64,000 nucleotides of DNA, taken from assembly GCA_013140775.1 (NCBI GenBank), contig JABFSA010000040.1:5182-69181 (forward strand). The letters run 5' to 3'. This DNA comes from Acidobacteriota bacterium (GTDB lineage: Bacteria > Acidobacteriota > Vicinamibacteria > Vicinamibacterales > UBA2999). The translations under genes were made by a program, and so were the position numbers. Under the pieces are notes generated by a model that was not told the origin of the DNA, made no database searches, and worked only from the letters and a program-made list of their open reading frames with translations. Numbering within the stretch: position 1 is the first letter of the stretch; every line of letters starts with the position of its first letter. Below are positions 18,264 through 26,477 of this stretch, piece by piece.

Positions 18264-18400
18264 TGTCGTTCACTCTTCCACGTTCTTTCTTCTCGGTGCG
18301 TGTTCAGGTTCACCGAACCCGAACCCGAACTCCGAACCTTGAACCGAGAACCGAACCTGAACGCGAACCAAGAACAAAGAACCCAGAAGAGTGAACGACA
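18264..18400. repeat. 137-nt imperfect palindrome (48-nt arms) around a core of degenerate CCGAAC-type hexamers
   Basis: Arms are 18264-18311 and 18353-18400. The outer 15 bp are perfect (tgtcgttcactcttc / gaagagtgaacgaca). About 41 of 48 arm positions are complementary by hand count. The core is accgaacccgaacccgaactccgaaccttgaaccgagaacc. Confidence 0.8.
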
Positions 18401-19191
18401 AGGTTCAAGTTCGCGTGAACGCCAGAAATCCATCCGTCGTCGCCTTGATTCCCGCGCGCCAGGGCTCCAAACGCGTCCCAGGCAAGAACGTGCGCCTTCT
18501 CGGCGGACACCCTGTTCTTGCGTACACGATCGCGCCAGCACTCGCGAGCGGGCTGTTCGATGCCGTGATCGTCTCTACTGATTCAGAGGAGACGGCCGAG
18601 ATCGCCAGGCACTACGGTGCCGAGGTGCCGTTTCTTCGTCCCGCCGAGCTGGCGGGCGACAAGTCTCCCGACATCGAGTGGCTGGAGTACACGCTGGGGA
18701 GGCTGAGAGACGAAGGACGCCTATGGGATTGCTTCAGTCTCCTGCGCCCAACGAGCCCGTTCCGCACGGCCGGCACGCTCCGGCGAGCGTGGGAGCAATT
18801 CGTCTCGCAGACAGGTGTTGATTCGCTGCGCGCCGTTGAGCGGTGCACGCAGCATCCCGGCAAGATGTGGGTGGTGAACGGCGATCGGATGACGCCGCTG
18901 CTGCAGACGCCCGAAGGCGTGACACCCTGGCACAGCACGCCCTATCAGGCGTTGCCGCCGGTCTACGTGCAGAACGCGTCACTCGAGATTGCCTGGACCA
19001 GATTGATCTTTCACGGACGTACCATTGCGGGAGACGTCCTCGTGCCGTTTGTCACCGAGGGCTTCGAGGGATTCGACATCAACGACCCGCATGACTGGAT
19101 TGTGGCGGAACACTTACTGGCGGATGGCCAGGCCGTGCTGCCGCAGGTTTCGCAGGTTCCGTACGGAGCGACATGGGCGAACAGCAATTAG
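18391..19191 (+). CDS. Acylneuraminate cytidylyltransferase family protein (second CMP-ulosonic acid synthetase)
   Basis: ALIPARQGSKRVPGKNVRLLGGHPVLAYTI and LLRPTSPFR. GTG start at 18391 lies inside the right arm of the palindrome. An alternative GTG is at 18415. Confidence 0.85.
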   Translation: MNDKVQVRVNARNPSVVALIPARQGSKRVPGKNVRLLGGHPVLAYTIAPALASGLFDAVIVSTDSEETAEIARHYGAEVPFLRPAELAGDKSPDIEWLEYTLGRLRDEGRLWDCFSLLRPTSPFRTAGTLRRAWEQFVSQTGVDSLRAVERCTQHPGKMWVVNGDRMTPLLQTPEGVTPWHSTPYQALPPVYVQNASLEIAWTRLIFHGRTIAGDVLVPFVTEGFEGFDINDPHDWIVAEHLLADGQAVLPQVSQVPYGATWANSN

Positions 19192-21143
19192 ATCAGGTCA
19201 CGAGCGACGATCTCGTGTATGTGCCGTCGGCTGAGTTCCGCCGGTTGCGGGATGCGGGGTTGCCCGCCACCCAGACAGCTCAGGCGTTTGCGGCTCTCGC
19301 GCGAATCAACACGCTCTACATGATTGCGCGGGCATGGTCGGGCCACATCGGGACGAGCTTCAGCTCGCTCGAGATCATGAGCTGGCTCTTTCTCAATGAG
19401 ATCCGCGATCTCGACAAGGGACCGGCGGCCTGCGACATTTTCTTCTCGTCGAAGGGGCACGATGCGCCCGCGCTCTACTCGGTCCTGATCGGACTCGGCC
19501 TGCTGCCTGAGGACAAGGCGGATCACCTTCGTCGTCTGCACGGCCTCCCTGGTCATCCGCACGTCGAGACTCCGTATATTCAGGCCAACACCGGTTCGCT
19601 TGGGATGGGCATCTCGAAGGCCAAGGGTATGGCGATTGCCAACCGCCTGAACGGCCTGCCGCGACGCATCTTCGTGCTCACCGGAGACGGTGAGTTGCAG
19701 GAAGGGCAGTTCTGGGAATCACTGGCGTCGGCCGCGAGCCGGCAGCTCAGCGAGATCGTCGTGATTGTGGATCACAACAAGATCCAGTCCGACACCTGGG
19801 TCGAGCAGGTGAGCGATCTCGGCGATGTCGAAGCCAAGGTTCGCGCGTTCGGCTGGCATGTGGCCCGATGCGACGGGCACGACCTCGAGGCGCTCGAACG
19901 GACCTTGCGCAGTCTCGACCGCATCACCGATCGACCGAAGCTCATTGTGGCCGACACGGTGAAGGGGAAGGGCGTGTCGTTCATGGAAGGGCCGGCGCTG
20001 GTGGCCGGAGCCTTGTATGCGTATCACTCCGGCGCTCCCACCGAAGCCGAGTACGCGAACGGATCGAAGGAGCTGCTTACGTCGGCTGCAGGTCTCTTCA
20101 CGGCCGGTGGTCTGGGTCAGGTGGCCACGAGACCTGGCCGACGACCGGAGCGCCGCGAGCCGCGTGATACCCAGAATCTGATCAGTGCCTACAGCGACGC
20201 GCTGCTCTCGCAGGCCGATCGCGACTCACGAATCGTCGCGCTCGACGCGGACCTTGTGAAGGACTGCGGTCTCGTGCCGTTCGCGAAGAAGTACCCGGAA
20301 CGGTTCGTCGAGTGTGGCATCGCCGAGCAGGACATGGTGTCGATGGCGTGCGGCCTGGCACACCGCGGCGCACTGCCGATCGTGCATTCTTTCGCGTGCT
20401 TCCTCTCGGCAAGGCCCAACGAGCAGATCTACAACCAATGCAGTGAGGGCTCCAAGGTGATCTATGTGGGATCGCTCGCCGGCCTTCTGCCCGGTGGCCC
20501 TGGCCACTCGCATCAGTCCGTGCGAGACATCAGCGCGCTGGCATCCGTTCCACACCTCGTGATCGCGGAACCTGCCGTGAACGACGAGGTGCACGCCCTG
20601 CTCGACTATCTCGTCGCGAAAGCGCCTGAGAGCTCGTATCTGCGTCTTGTCTCCGTCAAGTGGCCCGTCCCGTTCGCCTATCCGGCCGGGCAGCGCGTGC
20701 AGCCAGGACAGGGCTGGGTCGTGCGTGAGGGCCAGGACCTGGTGGTGTTCGGTTACGGTCCGTGGCTGTTGTCCAACGCCTGGCACGCGGCGGAGGAACT
20801 GCAGCGGAGCGCCGGGATCACGACACATCTCGTCAATCTTCCGTGGCTCAATCGCGTGGATCCCGTCTGGTTGCGGCAGACGATCGGTGACAGACGCGCG
20901 GTGGTCCTTCTCGACAACCACTACGTCCATGGCGGCCAGGGTGACATGTTGGGCGCTGCCATCGCCGGCCTGGGCCTGGCACCGGCTCGGCGCGTGACGA
21001 AGATTGGCGTAACGGAATTGCCCGAGTGCGGGACCAACGACGAAGTGCTCGCGTACCACGGGCTGGATATCCCATCACTCACCACAATTTTCAAAGCCGC
21101 CGTCTCTCAGCAGAAGACAGGCGTGATCCCGCAACCCGCATGA
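19173..21143 (+). CDS. Transketolase-family ThDP enzyme (fused N- and C-terminal halves, divergent)
   Basis: GHIGTSFSSLEI, GDGELQEGQFWE (ThDP/Mg motif), IAEQDMVSMA and GHSHQSVRDIS. Clearly diverged from the canonical copy at 52876. Confidence 0.85.
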   Translation: MGEQQLDQVTSDDLVYVPSAEFRRLRDAGLPATQTAQAFAALARINTLYMIARAWSGHIGTSFSSLEIMSWLFLNEIRDLDKGPAACDIFFSSKGHDAPALYSVLIGLGLLPEDKADHLRRLHGLPGHPHVETPYIQANTGSLGMGISKAKGMAIANRLNGLPRRIFVLTGDGELQEGQFWESLASAASRQLSEIVVIVDHNKIQSDTWVEQVSDLGDVEAKVRAFGWHVARCDGHDLEALERTLRSLDRITDRPKLIVADTVKGKGVSFMEGPALVAGALYAYHSGAPTEAEYANGSKELLTSAAGLFTAGGLGQVATRPGRRPERREPRDTQNLISAYSDALLSQADRDSRIVALDADLVKDCGLVPFAKKYPERFVECGIAEQDMVSMACGLAHRGALPIVHSFACFLSARPNEQIYNQCSEGSKVIYVGSLAGLLPGGPGHSHQSVRDISALASVPHLVIAEPAVNDEVHALLDYLVAKAPESSYLRLVSVKWPVPFAYPAGQRVQPGQGWVVREGQDLVVFGYGPWLLSNAWHAAEELQRSAGITTHLVNLPWLNRVDPVWLRQTIGDRRAVVLLDNHYVHGGQGDMLGAAIAGLGLAPARRVTKIGVTELPECGTNDEVLAYHGLDIPSLTTIFKAAVSQQKTGVIPQPA

Positions 21144-21826
21144 CAGTTCTTTTCTGGGACATCGACGGCACGCTTCTCACTACCGCCAAAGCCGGCGTCT
21201 TCGCCTGGGAGGACGCCGTACGCGAGGTGGTCGGTGGCGAGTTCGAGCTGGCGAAGATGAGAATCGCTGGAATGACGGACTATCAGATTGCCGTCAAGAC
21301 CTTCGAGATGCTCGGTGTCGAGGTGAACGACGACACGCTTCGACGCTTCGTCAATCGATACGGCGAGCTGCTGCCCACGAGCCTTCCCCGCAAGCAGGGG
21401 CGCGTGATGCCGAACGTCCGCGAAATCCTCGAGCACCTTCAGCAGCGGCCTGATGTGCAGTCGTTCCTGCTCACGGGCAACACTCGCGCGGGAGCCACGG
21501 CCAAGCTGACGCACTACAACCTGATGCACTTCTTTCCTGACGGCGCCTTCGCAGAAGACACCGGCGATCGCGCATCCATTGCGAGGCGAGCCGTCGAGCT
21601 GGCCAGGCAATACGGCCCCGTGGCCGATGATCGTCTGTTCGTCATCGGTGACACCCCGCACGACGTGGCGTGCGCGACTGCCATCAATGCCAGAACGATT
21701 GCCGTTGCGACCGGAGGCTACGCGATCGAGGAACTGAAGGCCTGTGATCCCTGGCGAGTGTTCAGCGAACTTCCAGAGCCTGACGCGTTCATGAATCTCA
21801 TCGACGCCGGAGGCCGCGTGGCGTGA
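21140..21826 (+). CDS. HAD-superfamily phosphatase (capped, PGP/beta-PGM-like)
   Basis: Start at ATG 21140 (ATGA overlap). FWDIDGTLL (DxDGT), LLTGNT and VIGDTPHDV motifs. Confidence 0.85.
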   Translation: MTVLFWDIDGTLLTTAKAGVFAWEDAVREVVGGEFELAKMRIAGMTDYQIAVKTFEMLGVEVNDDTLRRFVNRYGELLPTSLPRKQGRVMPNVREILEHLQQRPDVQSFLLTGNTRAGATAKLTHYNLMHFFPDGAFAEDTGDRASIARRAVELARQYGPVADDRLFVIGDTPHDVACATAINARTIAVATGGYAIEELKACDPWRVFSELPEPDAFMNLIDAGGRVA

Positions 21827-23547
21827 GGCGTGGCATCAGGCGACTGCCGACACTCTGGCGCGCGACGCGGCTGGCGCGCCGGTGGTATCACGCGCGGTTT
21901 GGCGCATATCCGGACTGGCAGGTCCAATCAGCTGCGGACTCGGCATTGTGGGCGTCTGCAAGAAGCGCGGCGAAGGGTGGCCCCAGAGTCCTGATGGCCA
22001 CGACCATCGGATCGTACGCGCACGGGATCACGCTCGAGAGCGCCGTGGCGGCCGCGCTCACCTTCAGGGGCGCCGAGGTGCACGCCTTGCTCTGCGACGG
22101 CGCGATGACCGCGTGCGCGGAGTGTGAGGCATCCCTCTACACAAACGTCAACACATTCGTCGAGCAGGGACCTCAGCGGGATCTCTGCCAGGACTGCACA
22201 TGGCCCGCCGAGCGTGTCTACGAAGAGCTCGGACTGAAGGTTCATCGGTACAGCGACTGGCTCAGCCGCGAAGATCGTCTCGAAGCCAGGCGTCTGTCGA
22301 TCGCGCACCCATTCAACGACATCCGATCGCTGACGATCGATGGCCTGGCTGTCGGTGACCATGCCCACGCCGGGGCCTTGCGCTACTTTGCCACCGGCTC
22401 CCTCGACGGCGAACCAGCGGCCGAACCGGTTCTTCGCCGCTATCTCGAGTCGGCGCTGCTGACGGCGTTTGCCACCCGCCGACTGTTCAGAGGCATCGGA
22501 TTCACGTCAACGGTTCTCACGCACGGCATCTATGTGCCCTGGGGCATCGTTGGGGAGGTCGCCCGCCAGGAAGGCGTGCACGTGTCCACGTGGAATGTGG
22601 CGTACCGCAAGCGCCGTTTCATCTTCAGCCACGACGACACGTATCACCACACGCTCATGACGGAACCGCGGCATCACTGGGAGCACACGCCCCTGTCGCC
22701 TGGCCAGGATCGCGAACTCACCAAGTATCTTGCGAGCCGCAGGGAAGGTCTGTTCGACTGGATTGTCTTCCACCGTGCCCGTCGTCAAGACCCTGAAGAC
22801 ATCGCTCGACGCATCGGCCTGGATCCCGCGAAGCCCGCAATTGGCCTGCTGACCAATGTCACCTGGGACGCGCAACTGCACTATCCGGCGAACGCATTCC
22901 CGAACATCGTGGAGTGGCTGGTCCAGACGGTGCAGTACTTCGCCACCCGCCCCGATCTGCAGTTACTGATTCGAGTGCACCCGGCAGAGATCAGCGGGTT
23001 TCCGCCCTCCCGTCAGCCGATTCTCGAGGAGCTGCGCAAGCACGTTCCCAATCTGTCGTCCAATATCATTGTCGTGCCTCCGGAAAGCGACATGAGCACG
23101 TATGCACTCATGTCGTTGTGCAACGCCGCGATCATCTACGGCACCAAGATGGGCGTGGAGCTCACGAGCATCGGCCTGCCGGTCATAGTCGCGGGCGAGG
23201 CCTGGATTCGCAACAAGGGGCTGACGCACGATGCCAGTTCGCCGGCCGAGTATTTCCGGATTCTCGAGAAGCTGCCGTTCCGCGACCGTCTCGGGCCCTC
23301 GCAGCTGGCGCGCGCGCGTCAGTATGCGTACCACTTCTTCTTCAATCGGATGATTCCGTTGCCCTTCATCGCCCCGAAGGCCGGGTATCCGATCTATCGC
23401 CTCAAACTGGATCGCCTCCAGCAGTTGCTGCCGGGTGCATCGACTGGCCTCGACACGATTTGTGCGGGCATCCTGACTCGCCAACCTTTCGTCATGCACG
23501 CTTCCGAGCCGGCTCCGGTCGAGCTCGCAAGCGTCATGGGCGGCTGA
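21823..23547 (+). CDS. Capsule polysaccharide biosynthesis (KpsS/KpsC, Capsule_synth)-like protein with an N-terminal Cys cluster
   Basis: 574 aa. LIRVHPAE contains an HP motif typical of CMP-sugar-dependent GT-B transferases. Cys cluster: LLCDGAMTACAECE...LCQDC. Family assignment is from memory of similar capsule biosynthesis annotations. GTGA overlap upstream. Confidence 0.5.
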   Translation: MRRGIRRLPTLWRATRLARRWYHARFGAYPDWQVQSAADSALWASARSAAKGGPRVLMATTIGSYAHGITLESAVAAALTFRGAEVHALLCDGAMTACAECEASLYTNVNTFVEQGPQRDLCQDCTWPAERVYEELGLKVHRYSDWLSREDRLEARRLSIAHPFNDIRSLTIDGLAVGDHAHAGALRYFATGSLDGEPAAEPVLRRYLESALLTAFATRRLFRGIGFTSTVLTHGIYVPWGIVGEVARQEGVHVSTWNVAYRKRRFIFSHDDTYHHTLMTEPRHHWEHTPLSPGQDRELTKYLASRREGLFDWIVFHRARRQDPEDIARRIGLDPAKPAIGLLTNVTWDAQLHYPANAFPNIVEWLVQTVQYFATRPDLQLLIRVHPAEISGFPPSRQPILEELRKHVPNLSSNIIVVPPESDMSTYALMSLCNAAIIYGTKMGVELTSIGLPVIVAGEAWIRNKGLTHDASSPAEYFRILEKLPFRDRLGPSQLARARQYAYHFFFNRMIPLPFIAPKAGYPIYRLKLDRLQQLLPGASTGLDTICAGILTRQPFVMHASEPAPVELASVMGG

Positions 23548-23553
23548 ACACTG

Positions 23554-25362
23554 TTGCAGCCTTTCTTCGTGGCGGTGCTTGCCGTCGCTGCGCTCTGCAG
23601 CCTTGCAGGCGGGGCCGTTGTCCGTCGCGTGGCCCGAGCCAGTGGCGCTGTCGTGCCGCCTCGGCCCGATCGCTGGCATACGACACCGACGCCGACGATG
23701 GGTGGGATCGCGATCGCCGCGGGTACCTTGATCGCGTTTGCCATGATCGCGCTTCGCCCGGATCTCGTGGGACCGCCGGCGGACTGGTTGCCTGTTCCGC
23801 TCGCGGCCTTCGCGATGTTCGTGGTGGGCGTGCTCGACGACCGGCTGCAACTGTCGCCGCTTGCGAAGCTGGTGTCCTCGCTGGCTATTGGCGCATTCCT
23901 CGTGTTCGCACTGGCAGGCGGAGGACCCGAGGACGCGTTGCCTTCGGCGTATACGCTCGTCGCCACCGTGTGGTTTGCCGGTATTTGCCACGCGATGAAC
24001 CTGCTCGACAACATGGACGGGCTGGCCGCGGGCATCGGACTGATTGCCGCCGTATTTCTGACGTGGCTGCTCCCGGGCGTGCTTGGGCCAACGCTGGTTG
24101 TGCTGCTTCTCGCACTCGCCGGAGCGCTGGCAGGATTCCTCTACTGGAACCGCAATCGCGCCCGGCTGTTCATGGGGGATTGCGGCAGCTTGTTCATCGG
24201 GGCACTGCTGGGCGCCGCCTCGCTTGTGCCGGTCTACAACGCGCCGATGGCTTTTATCAGCCCCGCGGTCATCGTGGTGTTGATTCTGATCGTCCCTATC
24301 TTTGACACCGCGTTCGTGCTGGTGCTGCGGCGGCTCGCTGGTCTCAAGGCGACCAAGGGAGGCACCGATCACGTGTCCCACCGGCTCGTCTCACTCGGTT
24401 TCTCCGAACGCAGCGCGGTCAGGACGCTGTACATGCTCGGCGCCGTGGGAGGCGGAACAGCGTGGTTTCTGTTGAGTGGGCAGGGCGCGGAGCCCATGCT
24501 GCCCCTCGTGGCGGCCTTCGGTGTGCTCGTCGTCTTGATGGGCATCTACCTCGCGCGCGTTCCCGCGTACGACGCCGAAGATTTTGTCGCGCTCCAGAAG
24601 TCGTCGTTTGCGCCGTTTCTCAAGGATCTGGCGTTCAAGTGGCATGCCGCGGAAGTCATGCTGGATTTCGTCCTGATTGCCGTGTGCTACTACCTGGCGT
24701 ACCGGCTCAGATTCGAGGGTGAAGGTTTCGACAACTTCCTGCCGTACTTCACGGCGTCTCTTCCAGTCGTGCTGGGCTGCAAACTCGCGGGTATCTACGT
24801 TTCGGGTCTGTATCAGCGATCGTGGGATACGTTTGGCCTGCGCGATCTCACAGCCGTCGTGCGGGGTGTCGGCATGGGCTCGCTGTTCTCGATTCTGACG
24901 ATCGCGTATCTGTACCGCTTCGAGGGCTTCTCCCGAGTCGTATTCCTGCTCGACGCTTTGTTGCTCGGAATGGCTATCGTTGCGACCAGGGCGTCATTCC
25001 GCGCAATGAGCCTCGTGGCGGCGGTACGGAACAAGCGCAGCCGCCGAGTGCTCGTGTATGGTGCCGGCCAGTTCGGCCAGACGCTCGTGCGTGAGATGCG
25101 GGCCAACTCGCGGTGGAACATGAATCCGATTGCCTTCATCGACGACGACCCCGGCAAGGTACGTCGCTGGATCTCGGGTGTTCAGGTTCGCGGTTCGCTC
25201 GACGATCTCGAGGCGACCATGCGCCGCTATTCCGTCGATGAGGTCGTCTTGAGCAGCCCGGCAATCAACGGAGCCGTCGAGCACAGGATTCGGGAGATCT
25301 GTTCGCGGATGGAGCGGCCGGTTCGGCGTCTGCGCATGGAAATCCGTGACCTCGACGCGTGA
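23554..25362 (+). CDS. WecA/MraY-family polyprenyl-phosphate HexNAc-1-phosphate transferase fused to a CapD/WbaP-N-terminal-like TM plus Rossmann module
   Basis: HTTPTPTMGGIAI, VLDDRLQLSPLAKL, NLLDNMDGLAAG and MGDCGSLFIG. The C-terminal part has extra TM segments, then VLVYGAGQFGQTLV...IAFIDDDPGKV...VQVRG. Confidence 0.8.
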   Translation: MQPFFVAVLAVAALCSLAGGAVVRRVARASGAVVPPRPDRWHTTPTPTMGGIAIAAGTLIAFAMIALRPDLVGPPADWLPVPLAAFAMFVVGVLDDRLQLSPLAKLVSSLAIGAFLVFALAGGGPEDALPSAYTLVATVWFAGICHAMNLLDNMDGLAAGIGLIAAVFLTWLLPGVLGPTLVVLLLALAGALAGFLYWNRNRARLFMGDCGSLFIGALLGAASLVPVYNAPMAFISPAVIVVLILIVPIFDTAFVLVLRRLAGLKATKGGTDHVSHRLVSLGFSERSAVRTLYMLGAVGGGTAWFLLSGQGAEPMLPLVAAFGVLVVLMGIYLARVPAYDAEDFVALQKSSFAPFLKDLAFKWHAAEVMLDFVLIAVCYYLAYRLRFEGEGFDNFLPYFTASLPVVLGCKLAGIYVSGLYQRSWDTFGLRDLTAVVRGVGMGSLFSILTIAYLYRFEGFSRVVFLLDALLLGMAIVATRASFRAMSLVAAVRNKRSRRVLVYGAGQFGQTLVREMRANSRWNMNPIAFIDDDPGKVRRWISGVQVRGSLDDLEATMRRYSVDEVVLSSPAINGAVEHRIREICSRMERPVRRLRMEIRDLDA

Positions 25363-26477
25363 GCGGCATCCTGAGAGTTGGAATCGATGGCCGCGCGTTT
25401 GCGTCGCCGGCGGCCGGAGTCCGGAGGTACATCAAGGGGCTGACCAGGGCGCTCGTCGCCCTTGGGGAACCGCTCGAACTGGTGGCGCTCGGCGGCCTTG
25501 ACCCGACAGCCCTTCCACCTGGCATCGGCCATGTCGCTGAACCGCCCCATCCCCCGACCAATCTTGGCTGGACACTTGTCGGACTCCCGCGTGCTGCCAG
25601 GCGCGCTGGAGTAGACGTCGTCCATGCCCCGGCATATACGGCGCCGTTCTGGTCGCCGGCACCGGTCGTCCTGACTATTCACGACGTGAGCTACGAACGT
25701 CATCCAGAGTGGTATCCGTATCGCCGCGACTGGGCGCGGCGTGCGTTCTACCGGCGCAGCGCGCACGTCGCGTCGCAGATCCTCACGGTGTCCCGGTTCT
25801 CTGCAACTGAAATCACGGCGGCGTACGGCATTCCGGCGGATCGCATGACCGTCACTCCCCTTGGCGTTGATGGGGCATTCGTCGCCAAAGATCCTCGCTC
25901 GAGGGGACCGCTGCCGCCGGGCGTTCGTCAGCCCTACCTGCTGCACGTCGGCGATCTGCACGAACGACGGAACCTGGCGATGCTCATTCGAGCCGTTGTC
26001 GCGGCACGACGCCAGATGCCCTCCGCGAAGTCGTTGTCGCTCGTGCTCGTCGGCACGGATCTGAGTGTTGGGGATGCAGTATCGGAGATCGCGAGACAGG
26101 CCGGCACACCAGACGCGGTCGTCCGGCTTCGTTCCGTGAACGAGAGGCGGCTCAGAGGTCTCTATCAGGACGCCGTTGCTCTTGCGTATCCGTCGTTCTA
26201 TGAAGGCTTCGGCCTTCCTCTTGTGGAGGCGATGGCCTGTGGAACACCGGTGCTCGCCTCGAACGTCGCTTCAATGCCTGAAGTCCTTGGTGGCGCCGGA
26301 GTGCTGATCGATCCTGCTGACGAGGCGGCCTGGACTCGGGCGATTCTCGATCTGCTGAACGGGGGCGATCTGCGCGGGCGCCTCCGTGATGCCGGCCTTC
26401 GCCGCGCCGGCGAGTTCACGTGGGAGCGGACGGCCCGTCTGACGCTGGACGTGTATCGACGGTCCGTCGCGCGATGA
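25359..26477 (+). CDS. Glycosyltransferase family 4 (GT-B, retaining type)
   Basis: PSFYEGFGLPLVEAMACGTPVLASN. GTGA overlap upstream. Confidence 0.9.
   Translation: MSGILRVGIDGRAFASPAAGVRRYIKGLTRALVALGEPLELVALGGLDPTALPPGIGHVAEPPHPPTNLGWTLVGLPRAARRAGVDVVHAPAYTAPFWSPAPVVLTIHDVSYERHPEWYPYRRDWARRAFYRRSAHVASQILTVSRFSATEITAAYGIPADRMTVTPLGVDGAFVAKDPRSRGPLPPGVRQPYLLHVGDLHERRNLAMLIRAVVAARRQMPSAKSLSLVLVGTDLSVGDAVSEIARQAGTPDAVVRLRSVNERRLRGLYQDAVALAYPSFYEGFGLPLVEAMACGTPVLASNVASMPEVLGGAGVLIDPADEAAWTRAILDLLNGGDLRGRLRDAGLRRAGEFTWERTARLTLDVYRRSVAR

Noticed and set aside
18300-18581. 93-aa ORF reading through the hexamer-repeat core (MFRFTEPEPELRTLNREPNLN...)
   Set aside because: It is an artefact of the repeat and palindrome, and it runs into the real NeuA-like gene in a different frame.
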